Assembly (NCBI GenBank): GCA_965215885.1 | Contig: CBDCEW010000097.1 | Location: 1-64,000 of the forward strand | DNA length: 64,000 nucleotides | DNA from: Candidatus Moanibacter sp. | Lineage (GTDB): Bacteria; Verrucomicrobiota; Verrucomicrobiia; Opitutales; UBA2987 | Direction: 5' to 3' | Part shown: piece by piece, positions 31,806-42,566 of the stretch | Position numbering within the stretch: the stretch's first letter is position 1 | Layout: every line of letters starts with the position of its first letter | Program-made: the position numbers and the translations under genes | Notes under the pieces: generated by a model | Database searches by the model: none | Told to the model about the DNA's origin: nothing | Seen by the model: the letters and a program-made list of their open reading frames with translations, nothing else

Positions 31806-32852
31806 ATGAAAAGGTTGAAGGAGAATTACAGTCACCTCCTCTCCCGGCGCGCGCGAGATCTGGCGCCGCTCGCCACTTTCATAGCGTTAGTCCTCTTCTT
31901 TTCTATTTTCACCACTGGCTTTTTCGACCTCTATACATTCACTTCCGTCTTACAACAGGCAGCGACCAGGGCAATTGTCGCGACCGGTCTCACATTCGTC
32001 CTCCTCTGTGCCGAGATCGATCTCTCCGTCGCACTTGTGGCGACGCTATCGGCCTGCCAAATGGGTGTTCTTTATAAGTGGATCCTTGACCACGGCCCGA
32101 CCATTCTATCCACGATCTCATCCGATGGCACGATCGAGATCACCTTTCCGGGCATCCTGCTCGTCCTCGTTCTCCCTCTCATCTCCGGTCTGCTAATTGG
32201 TGTTCTAAACGGCCTGCTTACGGTATGGTCAAGGTTGCCCAGCTTCATCATTACCCTGGCGATGATGGAAATCGCGAGGGGCCTCGGTAGCTACATTACC
32301 AGGGGCGCCCAATATCCCGAGATGCCGGGAATTCTTCCAAAGATAGCAAATGAGGGTATCCCTATGGGAGCGACTTTCGAGTTGCCCTACTCCGTATTTG
32401 TTTATGGGAGCATCATGATCGCCGCTCATATCATCCTTACCTACACTCGATTCGGTCGTTATATTTATATGACCGGTGGAAATCGAGAAGCGGCCCGGCT
32501 TGCCGGAGTCCGCACCGGATTCATCGCCGTTTCCTGTCTCGCCATCTGCGGAATGACCGCAAGCATCGGTGGGCTCATGAACGCGGGCTGGCTCAATAGC
32601 GCCGGGATAAACCAGAACCTTCACCTCCTTCTCGAAGCAATCGCTTGCGTTGTCCTGGGAGGCACAAGTCTTTTTGGCGGTGAAGGGGGCATAAAAAACA
32701 CCCTTATCGGCGTCCTGGCCTTTACCGTCCTTGACGTCGGGCTCGGCTATGTCACATGGGTGGACGAGTTTCTCCGCCGTTCCGTCATGGGGCTCGTCCT
32801 CCTCTCAGCGCTCCTCCTCAACGGAGAGCTCGCAAAAATTCGAAGCGACTGA
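31806..32852 (+). CDS. Sugar ABC transporter permease (RbsC-like)
   Basis: 'EIDLSV', 'PSFIITL', 'TRFGRYIYMTGGN', 'VVLGGTSLFGGEG'; start at ATG 31806. Confidence 0.9.
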   Translation: MKRLKENYSHLLSRRARDLAPLATFIALVLFFSIFTTGFFDLYTFTSVLQQAATRAIVATGLTFVLLCAEIDLSVALVATLSACQMGVLYKWILDHGPTILSTISSDGTIEITFPGILLVLVLPLISGLLIGVLNGLLTVWSRLPSFIITLAMMEIARGLGSYITRGAQYPEMPGILPKIANEGIPMGATFELPYSVFVYGSIMIAAHIILTYTRFGRYIYMTGGNREAARLAGVRTGFIAVSCLAICGMTASIGGLMNAGWLNSAGINQNLHLLLEAIACVVLGGTSLFGGEGGIKNTLIGVLAFTVLDVGLGYVTWVDEFLRRSVMGLVLLSALLLNGELAKIRSD

Positions 32853-33260
32853 TTTACCTCGACGAATCCATTCACGCTCCGCTTCGAAACTGAGCTTGAA
32901 AAGAGCCTCATCAAAGGTGATCCAGCGGGGCTCGAATTCCTCTTCTCCGATTCCTTTCGATCCGACGTCTTTTTCTTCCAAACCCATCAGAAAATACACT
33001 TCTGTCCTTTGAATTGATTTCCCCTCCCAGGAGAACTCGACCCGCTGCGAACCTAAATCGGCCAAGACATTCAGATTCGCATATCCACTTTCTTCCGTAA
33101 CTTCCCGTTTCGCCGCCGTCTCGAAATCTTCCCCTTCGTCGAGGTGGCCTTTCGGAAGCCTTACCTCATTGCGTGAAGGCCGGTACAAAACCAACACTTT
33201 TCCACCGTAAACAACAACTCCTCCGGCGGCTGTGTATTCGACCTGCTTCATGTTCCGCAT
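32805..33260 (-). CDS. NUDIX hydrolase
   Basis: Nudix box 'PKGHLDEGEDFETAAKREVTEESG'. Confidence 0.9.
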   Translation of the reverse strand: MRNMKQVEYTAAGGVVVYGGKVLVLYRPSRNEVRLPKGHLDEGEDFETAAKREVTEESGYANLNVLADLGSQRVEFSWEGKSIQRTEVYFLMGLEEKDVGSKGIGEEEFEPRWITFDEALFKLSFEAEREWIRRGKSVASNFCELSVEEER

Positions 33261-33265
33261 TTTAT

Positions 33266-33363
33266 AGTAAAGATCCTCGGGGCAAGCCCCGAGGCATTTG
33301 ATATTAGACTTTATGAATTAGAAACGAAGCAAGCTTCGGGGAATTAAACCCGAAGCGATTAAA
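33266..33363 (-). mobile_element. ~97-bp hairpin element, copy 2
   Basis: Inverted copy of 25415-25512; its TTAA end overlaps the asnS stop codon. Confidence 0.7.
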
Positions 33364-34744
33364 ACTCAGCGTTGCCGGGAGTTCGTGGGAAGGGAATGAC
33401 GTCTCGTATGTTTGCAACCCCGGTGACGAACATGAGCATTCGCTCGAATCCGAGACCAAACCCGCTGTGGGGGACGGAACCGTATTTGCGCAGTTCGAGG
33501 TACCACCAGTACTCCTCCTTACTGATGCCGTGCCGATCCATATTTTCTTCGAGGACGGAGAGCCGCTCTTCGCGTTGACTGCCGCCCACGATCTCTCCAA
33601 TTCCAGGCACAAGCACATCCATGGCTCGGACGGTGGCGCCGTCGTCATTCGCTCGCATGTAGAAAGGCTTTATCTCCTTGGGGTAGTTGTAAACGGTAAC
33701 AGGGCATTTGAAGTGCTCTTCCGTGAGATAACGTTCATGCTCCGATTGCAGATTCGTTCCGTAGACAGGCGTAAACTTGAAGTCGCGCTCCGATTTATGT
33801 AAGATCTCCACGGCCTCGGCATAGGTTATGCGGCGAAAAGGTCGCTCCAGGACAAACCGCAGCCGATCCATCAGCTCTCGGTCAACGAAACGCGCAAAGA
33901 GGGCCAGGTCCTCTGCGCAATTCTCAATCGTATCTCTGATAAGAAACTTTACGAATTCTTCGGCGAGATCCATGTTACCGTCCAAATCACAGAAGGCCAT
34001 CTCCGGTTCGATCATCCAGAATTCACTGGCATGGCGGGAGGTGTTGGAATTCTCCGCCCGAAAGGTCGGACCGAAAGTATAGACGTTGGAAAAGGCGGAG
34101 GCGAGTATCTCCGCTTCGAGCTGTCCGCTCACCGTCAAATACGTGGGTCGCGCGAAGAAATCGTTCTCAGGACCCCCTGTTTTTCCACCGTCAGACGGGG
34201 CGCCGGAGTCAAGCGTGGTAACCCGAAATAGCTCCCCTGCTCCTTCACAGTCGCTAGCCGTGATAATTGGCGTGTGGACATGAAGAAAGTCTCTCTCCTG
34301 AAAGAAGCAATGAATTGCATACGCCAGGCGACTGCGTATGCGAAAGACGCATCCGAAAAGATTGGAGCGTGGGCGCAAGTGGGCAATTTCCCGCAGAAAC
34401 TCCTGCGTGTGACGCTTCTTTTGTAAGGGATAAGACTGCTCCGAAGCACCAATCAACTCCACTGACTCCGCCGCAATCTCCCACTTCTGTCCCTTTCCCT
34501 GCGATGCTACTATCCTTCCCCGGACCGCAATCGCTGCCCCTGTCGTAATCCGGTCGATTCCCGCATAATCCGGGATCGAAGCGTCGACCACAATCTGGAT
34601 GTTACTCAGGCAGGAACCGTCGTTGACTTCGACGAAGGAGAAGCCCTTCGCATCCCGGCGCGTTCGAACCCAACCCAGAACGTAAACGGAGTCCCTCTCC
34701 GATACGCTACGCAGCGCCTCTTTTACCAGGGTCCTTTCAATCAT
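33359..34744 (-). CDS. asnS: Asparagine--tRNA ligase
   Basis: 'LTVSGQLEAE', 'GPTFRAENSNTSRH..EFWMIEPE', 'GFGLGFER', 'PRTPGNAEF'. Confidence 0.97.
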   Translation of the reverse strand: MIERTLVKEALRSVSERDSVYVLGWVRTRRDAKGFSFVEVNDGSCLSNIQIVVDASIPDYAGIDRITTGAAIAVRGRIVASQGKGQKWEIAAESVELIGASEQSYPLQKKRHTQEFLREIAHLRPRSNLFGCVFRIRSRLAYAIHCFFQERDFLHVHTPIITASDCEGAGELFRVTTLDSGAPSDGGKTGGPENDFFARPTYLTVSGQLEAEILASAFSNVYTFGPTFRAENSNTSRHASEFWMIEPEMAFCDLDGNMDLAEEFVKFLIRDTIENCAEDLALFARFVDRELMDRLRFVLERPFRRITYAEAVEILHKSERDFKFTPVYGTNLQSEHERYLTEEHFKCPVTVYNYPKEIKPFYMRANDDGATVRAMDVLVPGIGEIVGGSQREERLSVLEENMDRHGISKEEYWWYLELRKYGSVPHSGFGLGFERMLMFVTGVANIRDVIPFPRTPGNAEF

Positions 34745-34746
34745 CT

Positions 34747-35094
34747 CTAGAAATCATAGATGATTCTTCGACCATTGACGATGGTGGCTATTCGCGTTGT
34801 GTCCGTGTTTATTGTAATTACGTAAGTCTCGTCGGCCACCTGATCGAGGGTGCTGATATGGAGTTCCGTTCCGATTATTTTCGCGGTCGTCACCTGGGAC
34901 GCCCCTTCATCGAGCATGTACTGTTGCGCTGCCGAAGCGATCTGGCGCAGGTTATTCGTCACCGCTTTGTCTTGGGACGTCGCTCGCACCTTGTTAAATG
35001 CTGGTATCGCCATGGCCGCCAACAAACCGATAATAACGACCACAATCATAATTTCGACAAGCGTAAACCCTTTCAGTTGAGATACTGATTTCAT
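34747..35094 (-). CDS. Short type IV pilin-like protein
   Basis: Prepilin cleavage/methylation site 'G|FTLVEIMIVVVIIGLLAAMAIP'. Confidence 0.9.
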   Translation of the reverse strand: MKSVSQLKGFTLVEIMIVVVIIGLLAAMAIPAFNKVRATSQDKAVTNNLRQIASAAQQYMLDEGASQVTTAKIIGTELHISTLDQVADETYVITINTDTTRIATIVNGRRIIYDF

Positions 35095-35122
35095 GGTTTG
35101 GAACTTATTCTAAGACTCTAGT

Positions 35123-36967
35123 CCTAAAATAAGCGCGTTTAAAGGTTGAACAGGAAACTTCGTTATTCCTAACGTTATTTGCCATGCTGGCGGTAGTTTT
35201 GCCGCCGCCACCCTTGGGCTGGTTTCATGTTTTGCTTTTTTTGAGTCATATCCGTTCTGTTTTAACGTTAGTTCTGTCCCCTTTTTTGGATACGCCGACA
35301 GTCCTTCCGTTGTGGCTGTGCGTTCGCGGTTACTTGATCTGCTACCCAGGCGACATAGATCGGAATCGCTCCCAGGTGCTGATAAAATCTCCCATCCACT
35401 CGTTCCAGCTTAAAAGCCGATAAACAATTCGGCGCCCGCTTCGGATGATTTGCGCGGGGAGCAAGATGATGGCGTGAAGGAAGCGCCGAAACTCCATCTT
35501 CACGATCTCCAACCCCCGCTGGCGGTTGGGCATGAGTAATCCATACCACGCCTTCAGGTTCCAGGCCAATGCTGTCATTACCATATAGGCCCAATTGCTC
35601 AAAAGATCATCCACGGGCATACGCATCGCATTAACCCCGTTTTTGAGTTGCTCAATAACGTTCTCCTGATCGCAGCGTTGATTCGCAAAGGCGACCACCT
35701 GCTCCTTAGTCAGGTCCCTACGATTTGTGATATAAAAAAAGTAGCGGATCTCATCAAAGAGCACTACTTCGCCCTTTTGCACACTGATGTTCTTACGCAC
35801 CACCACCATCCGATAGGTCTTTTTGCACTTGTTGGGCCGATAGTCCAACTCGGCCACACTTTCTGCCTCCAGCACCTTGTTTTCAAAACCCTTCTGGTGC
35901 ACGATCCCTTCCTTCACTCGCGGCGCTTTAGCTCTCGATTCGGTCGCTATTTCATGCTTGGGCAACCGCTCCAGTTCGCTCCAGGCCGTCTCTCTGAACT
36001 CCTCGGCCAGTCCCACCACTTTGGGATGCGCATCCATTCCGAAGATAAATCCCGTTCCTTCTTCATCCCACCGATCGAAGTTTTCTGTCAACGAAAAGTC
36101 CGTATCCCCTCGCAAGCAGATTTTCCCCGCATGCGCACGCACAAGTTCCACCGCCCGATCAATCCACTTTACGCATCCCTCATGGCTAGTCTCATTGCCC
36201 GGTCGATTCACCATGTAGAGCACTTCCCTGGTATTTGCCAAACTCACGATCAGCGGTGCATAGCCCCAGATCCCCTTATAGCTTATTCCCATACCCCCTT
36301 TGCACTTCCCTCTCGTCTGCGCTATCGTCCCGTCCACATCGATGAACGCCTCCTCCATGAATCCTTTTGCCTGCTTGTTCCACACCCCTTGCCGTATCCG
36401 GTTGATCCCTTCCATCAATTTTTCGATCGCGCCTTCATCAAAGCGTCGGGTGAAGTCTCCACTGGTCGTCGGATCCGGTATCCTCTGCGCTCCTAAGGCA
36501 TTCAGAAAAACCTCGTCCTTGCGGCGCAATTCGATGTCTTCGAGCCGGATCCCTCCCAATAATGCGTTGTAGGCTATGTTGAGCACATGATCACTCTCAT
36601 GATACGGCAGGTGGCGCTTGAGCAACTGCACGCTCTGGTCGAGCTCTTCCACCAACCCCAGTCTCTTCACCATCAGGTGAATCGCTCCTATCCCTCCACA
36701 ACTCACCCCTTTGCCTCGTTCGGCCGTCTCGTAGTGGATGTTGCTCGCTTTGAACATCGGTTTGGCCTGTTCAGGCCAGCCCCGATTTCTAAGCCGCTGC
36801 TTTATTCTTCTCTTGCTATTGTGGAGGTTCTTGCGGTATCTTCTTTTCACTCGAAACGTCCTTTTTTTCTGGGTGGTTTTTTTGGTCGATTAACAGTTTT
36901 CCCAGTATCTAAGCGCGTTTCGAGCTTTTTATTGCGTTAGGTATATTCCAATCACACTTGTTCGAGG
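35123..36967 (-). mobile_element. IS1380-family insertion sequence (1845 bp)
   Basis: Ends CCTAAAATAAGCGCG / CCTCGAACAAGTGTG; TSD TCTAGT (35117-35122, 36968-36973). Confidence 0.9.
35342..36850 (-). CDS. IS1380-family transposase
   Basis: 'PDPTTSGDF', 'IDVDGT', 'GYAPL', 'LRGDTDF', 'NQRCDQENVIEQLK'. Confidence 0.93.
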   Translation of the reverse strand: MKRRYRKNLHNSKRRIKQRLRNRGWPEQAKPMFKASNIHYETAERGKGVSCGGIGAIHLMVKRLGLVEELDQSVQLLKRHLPYHESDHVLNIAYNALLGGIRLEDIELRRKDEVFLNALGAQRIPDPTTSGDFTRRFDEGAIEKLMEGINRIRQGVWNKQAKGFMEEAFIDVDGTIAQTRGKCKGGMGISYKGIWGYAPLIVSLANTREVLYMVNRPGNETSHEGCVKWIDRAVELVRAHAGKICLRGDTDFSLTENFDRWDEEGTGFIFGMDAHPKVVGLAEEFRETAWSELERLPKHEIATESRAKAPRVKEGIVHQKGFENKVLEAESVAELDYRPNKCKKTYRMVVVRKNISVQKGEVVLFDEIRYFFYITNRRDLTKEQVVAFANQRCDQENVIEQLKNGVNAMRMPVDDLLSNWAYMVMTALAWNLKAWYGLLMPNRQRGLEIVKMEFRRFLHAIILLPAQIIRSGRRIVYRLLSWNEWMGDFISTWERFRSMSPG

Positions 36968-36971
36968 TCTA

Positions 36972-37243
36972 GTGTCGTGTGTCACAAATAGGCATATCCA
37001 ATGTGGAGGCGCCATGGGGTCGATAGCAAGGCGGGACAAACCGGGAATGCCCGTCGGCCTTGCGGGTTTGTCCGAACGCCGCTAGCGACCCGATGCCGCT
37101 CCACCCTTGGGGCTAGGCTCTTTTCAACCTCAGCCGCGTTGCCCGCGCCGGGCGGGGCCGCACGGGCCCAGCATCGGCGCGGCCGCCTTGCTGAGGCTGA
37201 AAATGGCTCTGGCATTGGGATGCTTATTTGTGACACACGACAC
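36972..37243. mobile_element. ~270-bp MITE
   Basis: ~31-bp TIR GTGTCGTGTGTCACAAATA.GCAT; non-coding GC-rich interior. Confidence 0.75.
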
Positions 37244-37393
37244 GAGAAGCTGAAGCGACGCTCGGCCAAACCGAGGGAAGCTCGTCCGAACATTATTTCG
37301 CTAATTTTTGCGCAAATATGCCGATAACTATACCGGTTGAGCCACTTCCACGCAAAAGAAAAATCGAGGGAGATATATCAATACGAGACGTCT

Positions 37394-38284
37394 ATGAAGG
37401 ACTACTATCGCGTCTTGCGAATTTCCCATAACGCATCAGAAGAGCAAGTCAGGAAGGCCTTTCGCAATCCGTTGCTTTCCCGGCTCAGCGACGCTTACCG
37501 AAACGAACACAGGAACCTGGATGATTTCATCGAACTGCGTGAAGCATATGAGGCACTGAATCGCTCCGATAAGCGTGAGATTTACGATTCGGCCCTGAGA
37601 GCCTACCGGACGAATGGACGAAAGTATCGGTGGAAAACGGTAAACGGAAGCAGCCCAAACGGCCAAATCCGGAAGCATCACCACGAATCCGGAATTCTCA
37701 CCAGTCACCCGGGCGTCTACTCCCGAGGGGTCGAAGCCCATATGATCAACGGTCCCGCTTTTGCTGCTTGCCCTCGCAATCGAATTACACCCCTGAAAAT
37801 CACCCTGGAACAATCCATTACCGGTTTCTGCCTGCGTTTTCGGGGGGACCACCCATCAGAATTCCCGTCCTCATTGATTCGAATCCCGGGAAAACTCTGG
37901 GAAGGCGCAACCATCGCTGTCCCCGGGTTCGGTTACACGCACCCTTCCTCGCAAGCCGCAGGGGACTTGCACATTATGGCAACCCTCGCCAAACATGATC
38001 TTCTTCGGCTTTACGGTTCCAACCTTTACTTTGACGTCAAACTTAAGCCTTGGGAAGCGGCTGGAGGCACAACGATTGTGGTCCCAACTCTCGAGGGAAG
38101 GGAGATAATCGAGATTCCCCCGAGTCTCAACGGAAGATCCCTTAGACGTCTTCCCAATCGAGGTATCTATAAGAAGAGCGGAAAACGAGGTGACCTCTGG
38201 GTCAATATCGATATCGAAATGGCACCCGCCTGCAGAATTCGAGCCCATAGCCGCCTACTGCCCGGCTGGAAAGCCGGGGCCTAG
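37394..38284 (+). CDS. Divergent DnaJ/CbpA-like protein
   Basis: 'KDYYRVL...AYEAL...KREIYD' J-domain and DnaJ_C motifs ('PWEAAGG', 'VPTLEG', 'RGDL'); no HPD. Confidence 0.75.
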   Translation: MKDYYRVLRISHNASEEQVRKAFRNPLLSRLSDAYRNEHRNLDDFIELREAYEALNRSDKREIYDSALRAYRTNGRKYRWKTVNGSSPNGQIRKHHHESGILTSHPGVYSRGVEAHMINGPAFAACPRNRITPLKITLEQSITGFCLRFRGDHPSEFPSSLIRIPGKLWEGATIAVPGFGYTHPSSQAAGDLHIMATLAKHDLLRLYGSNLYFDVKLKPWEAAGGTTIVVPTLEGREIIEIPPSLNGRSLRRLPNRGIYKKSGKRGDLWVNIDIEMAPACRIRAHSRLLPGWKAGA

Positions 38285-38372
38285 CGCAATGTAGCCGCAT
38301 CTGGAAAGTTGGCATCCCACTCTCCCTACCCGAGTAGCGCATGCAGGTTTTGGAGATACGGAGGCATTATCC

Positions 38373-38870
38373 ATGAAAGCGATGAAGGCCACTGCGGCGG
38401 TAGCGGTGGAGGAAGCAATGGTCGATTTCGACGCCATCGAACCGGAACCCGAAGCGACTTTTGTCCAGGCCGAACAGCACGAGCTTCCCCACGCATTTGA
38501 ATACGCCCTCCCACAGCGTATCACCGCGACCTCGGGTAGCGGCGAGACGCTCCTGCCACTCCATACGCGAGAAACGGAAACCAATTTCTTCGTATACTCT
38601 GTGCCCAAACTTGACCCGATGCCTTATCTTGTTTGCGGCACGACGGCTGAAAGCACCCTGCTTTCCGGCAGATTAAACATCCATTTCGGCGGGCGCTTTG
38701 TCGGCGGATCTACTCTCTCCGAAAAAAGGGCCGGAGAAGACCTCATGGCGAATCTCGGCGTAGAGAGAAAAGTCAAGGTGCTACGTGAGAAGATAACCGA
38801 CAAGCGGACGGAGACTTTCTTCGGAGTGGTTGACCGCCAAAGCGTCGCCCGAGAGCTCGAATATCGCAAC
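38373..38870 (+). pseudogene. DUF4139 (MuiA-like) gene fragment
   Basis: 'YSVPKLDP.PYL', 'LLSG...FGGRFVG', 'LGVERKVKV.RE'; lacks both termini and runs into a convergent gene. Confidence 0.55.
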
Positions 38871-39367
38871 TACCAGCCGCGCTCGAACATACCGAACTTT
38901 CGTTCGGGCCCACGCATTAATCGACGTTTCGCTTCAACTTCCCTGAGCCGTAAGACCTGATCGCCTTGATTGATGCCAGGACAATGCTCGCCGGTCTCGT
39001 TCCATGTTTCCTCACTCTCGAGAATAGACGGCCAGAAAGGCCACGCCTGACATTGAAGCGGCTTGGCGCCATGCACCGAACAGACTGCCTTTCCCGGTAT
39101 CCGATTTCTATCCAGGAAAATGCAATCCGAGTTTCCCTCATCATCCTGTGTCGGCTTCATTTTGAGCACTCGTTTTCTCCCGTAGAGGGAAAGCGTAGTG
39201 TAGCGCCGTTGAAATTCACGGTGTGACAATTTCAGATGCTTCGCCAACTTTCGGGAATCTTTAACCAGCAGGGTTATCTCGCCATTGGGTCCCGTACAAC
39301 AATTGCCGCACATCGTGCACTGGAATTTCAAACCCTCCGCATACCAGGACTGTGCTTTCTTCAACAT
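38870..39367 (-). CDS. YkgJ-family cysteine-cluster protein (CxxCxxCC)
   Basis: 'FQCTMCGNCC', 'CIFL', 'CSVHGAKPLQCQAWPFW', 'CPG'. Confidence 0.88.
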   Translation of the reverse strand: MLKKAQSWYAEGLKFQCTMCGNCCTGPNGEITLLVKDSRKLAKHLKLSHREFQRRYTTLSLYGRKRVLKMKPTQDDEGNSDCIFLDRNRIPGKAVCSVHGAKPLQCQAWPFWPSILESEETWNETGEHCPGINQGDQVLRLREVEAKRRLMRGPERKFGMFERGW

Positions 39368-39442
39368 GTGCTACAATTCCACTTCCTTCCCAAAGTTACC
39401 TCAATTATACGGAGACTCTCCCCGACAGCAAGAAGCCATTCA

Positions 39443-39484
39443 CTTCTAATAACCTGTCGGACCTTGCCGACAGGTTATTAGAAG
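39443..39484. terminator. 18-bp-stem hairpin, repeat-derived
   Basis: CTTCTAATAACCTGTCGG-accttg-CCGACAGGTTATTAGAAG downstream of hydA. Confidence 0.5.
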
Positions 39485-39597
39485 CGAAGCGGAAAAACAG
39501 AAGCTTCTTAAGGGCATGACCCCGAACGGCGGATAAATCTGCAAAAACTTTAAGACCAAGAGCCTTCACGCTAAACGCGTAGCAAAAGAATTCCGGG

Positions 39598-40980
39598 TTA
39601 GAAATGAGTCGGTTCTCTCTCGAGGAACCGTCCCCGGCCTGGCTCTCCCACGAACTCTCCGTCGCGCACTGCCACTTTTCCGCGCACCGTTACTATTTCC
39701 GGCCGGCCTTCGATTTCAAATCCTTCGAATCCGCTATAGTCGACATTCATGTGATGGGTCTTCACTGAGATTACGCCTCTAAAGTCGGGATCATAGACCA
39801 CCAGATCGGCATCGCTGCCGACCTGAATCGTCCCCTTTTTCGGAAAGAGTCCGAAGATCTTCGCCGCCCGGGTGCTGGCCACATCAACGAATTTGTGAAT
39901 ATCGAGCTTCCCCTTCTTCACCCCATACGAATACAGGATTTTGACCCGCTCCTCAACCGACGGCACACCGTTTGGGATTTTTGTGAAGTCGTCCTTCCCC
40001 ATTGGCTTCTGCCCTTCAAAATCGAAAGGCGCATGGTCAGTGCCGACCGTGCTGATAAATCCATTGCTCAGCCCGTTCCACAAAGGTTCCTGGTTGCTCT
40101 TCTCACGAATGGGGGGCGACATTACCCATTTTGCGCCTTCAAAATCGGGCCGTTCCGCATATGAACTATCCAAGACGAGATATGGAGCGATGGTTTCCAC
40201 AAAGATCTTAATACCACGATTTCTTGCTGACTGCGCCACTTGCAATGAAGCCTCACAACTCGTGTGCACGACATAGACATGAGCGGCGTGAAGACCGGCG
40301 AAAGTGCAGAGATGATAGACACCGTATGCCTCCACTTCTACCGGCCGGCTCTTTTCATGCCATTCCGTTCCCGTTTTTCCCTCAGCGATAAACTGTTTTT
40401 GCCGTTCTTCCACTGCGGTGGGGTTTTCGCAATGCGCTGTCGTGATAATCCCGTGGGCCTTGGCAAACTGCAGAGTCTTGTAGAGTTCGATGTCTGTGAC
40501 TCCGAAGGCGTCCTTGTAGGCGAGGAATATCTTAAACGACGCAATCCCCCGATCGATGGCTTCCTTTAACTGGGATTCAACCGATTCATCCCATCGCGTT
40601 ACGCCGAGGTGAAACGTCCAGTCGCAGGCAGAGATGCCGGTTGCCTTTGAGCTCCACAGTTCGAATGCTTCGAGCGGCTCATCCGTCCGCGCGGGCACAA
40701 CCATCTCGATATATGTGGTGGTACCACCGCAAAGAGCCGCCTGACTACCCGTGGCATGGGTGTCCTTCGCAAACGTTCCCATAAACGGGAGATAGAAATG
40801 GACGTGCGGATCGATGAACCCGGGAAAAACCTGTTTGCCGGTCGCGTCTATGATATCAGCATCGGAGGGCGCATCCAGATTTTCCCCGATGCGGGTAATC
40901 TGTTCATCTTCGCAGAAGATGTCGGCGAAGAAGCGCTCGCTCGCCGTGATGACCTCACCATTCCTGATCAGTAGCGACAT
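39598..40980 (-). CDS. hydA: Dihydropyrimidinase / D-hydantoinase
   Basis: 'PGFIDPHVH', 'SFKIFLAYK', 'HCEN', 'MSPPIR', 'TDHAPF', 'IPNG'. Confidence 0.92.
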   Translation of the reverse strand: MSLLIRNGEVITASERFFADIFCEDEQITRIGENLDAPSDADIIDATGKQVFPGFIDPHVHFYLPFMGTFAKDTHATGSQAALCGGTTTYIEMVVPARTDEPLEAFELWSSKATGISACDWTFHLGVTRWDESVESQLKEAIDRGIASFKIFLAYKDAFGVTDIELYKTLQFAKAHGIITTAHCENPTAVEERQKQFIAEGKTGTEWHEKSRPVEVEAYGVYHLCTFAGLHAAHVYVVHTSCEASLQVAQSARNRGIKIFVETIAPYLVLDSSYAERPDFEGAKWVMSPPIREKSNQEPLWNGLSNGFISTVGTDHAPFDFEGQKPMGKDDFTKIPNGVPSVEERVKILYSYGVKKGKLDIHKFVDVASTRAAKIFGLFPKKGTIQVGSDADLVVYDPDFRGVISVKTHHMNVDYSGFEGFEIEGRPEIVTVRGKVAVRDGEFVGEPGRGRFLEREPTHF

Positions 40981-41005
40981 GGAAGTCTATCTTACTCGGA
41001 TGCTT

Positions 41006-42521
41006 TCACTTCCGCCAGACATCGCCCTCCCCCTCGGCGAACCAGCGTGAAGTCACCACTCTTTGCTGGGTATAGAAGGCGATCCCCTCCTTTCCCTGGA
41101 TATGCATATCGCCGAAGAAGGATGCGTTCCAACCCGTGAAAGGGAAAAGTGCAACGGAGGCGGGCACAGCGACGTTTAAACCGACCATCCCTACATTCAC
41201 CCGGTGTTTGAATTCACGTGCTGCCTTTCCGGAATTTGTATAGATAGCCGTTCCATTGCCAAAAGGCGAACGGTTGGCCAATTCGACCGCAGCATCAAAA
41301 TTCTCAACGCGTATGACGTTTAATACCGGCCCAAATACCTCCTCCCGGGCAATCGTCATACCCTCTTCCACATGGTCGACCAGCGTAGCGCCAACGTAGA
41401 ATCCGTTCGGCGCCTCTTCCACCTTGACCCCGCGACCATCACTCAAAACCTTCGCTCCCTGCTCTTCGGCATCGGTAACGAGGCCGTTAACCCGATCTCG
41501 ATGCTCGCCCGTGATGACCGGCCCCAACTCGGGCTGAGCTCGCCCATGCGCCCCAATCCGTCGTCGGACCCAACTTGATCCCATCAGTCGCCTCTTTGAG
41601 AACCGGGATGAGACGATCGGCGGCCTCACCCACCGTCACAGCGGTCGAACTCGCCATGCACCTTTCCCCGGCGCATCCGTAAGCGCCGCCCGCCACGCCG
41701 TCCACCGTCTTCGCGATGTCCGCATCCGGCATAACGATGATAAGATTCTTGGCGCCTCCGTTGGCCTGAACTCGTTTGCCGTTCTTCGTCCCCGTCTCAT
41801 AGATATAACGTGCCACCGGTGTCGAACCCACAAACGAAACGGCCTTGATATCGGGATGCGTCAGGATGCTATCGACACTCTCTCGAGCGCCGTGCACGAT
41901 ATTCAGGACACCCTTCGGGAGGCCCGCTTCGACCAACAATTCAATGATGCGCACAGCGGAGAGAGGAACCTTCTCGCTCGGTTTCAGTACAAAAGTATTC
42001 CCGCATACCAAAGCTAACGGAAACATCCACATCGGTACCATGACGGGAAAGTTAAAGGGCGTAATCCCGGCGCAGACGCCGACAGGCTCGAAATACGTCT
42101 CACAGTCGATACCGGCAGCAATGTTCTTGATTGAATCTCCCGTCAGAAGTGCAGGAACACCACAGGCATATTCGACATTCTCGAGACCCCGGTAAAGGCT
42201 CCCGCGCGATTCGCCGAGTGTCTTCCCGTGCTCTCTCGTGATCTGCTCAGCAATCGCATCAAAGTTCTCCTCAAGCAGCGCGCGATAGCGGAAAAAGAGA
42301 CGGGCTCGTTCAAGCGGGGGCGTGTCGCGCCAGGCCGGCAAGGCATCGATAGCGGACTGGACCGCCTGATCTACCGTCTCTTTGTTACCGAGGGGCACCT
42401 CGGCGATCACATCACCGGTAGAAGGGTTGTGCACCGGCAGGATATCCAATTCGTTGGCTTCGATCCACTCGCCATCAATGAGCATCGGGCACGGGGCCAT
42501 ATCTTTAACAGTGGAGTTCAT
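41006..42521 (-). pseudogene. mmsA: CoA-acylating (methyl)malonate-semialdehyde dehydrogenase with an apparent frameshift
   Basis: 'GITPFNFP', 'KPSEKVP', 'FVGST', 'GCAGERCMA' in one frame; 'EEVFGPV', 'FPFTGW' in another; break at ~41540-41570. Confidence 0.85.
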
Positions 42522-42566
42522 TATTCTTAGTAATCTTTTCACATACGAAACTCTTCCGCTTGACCC

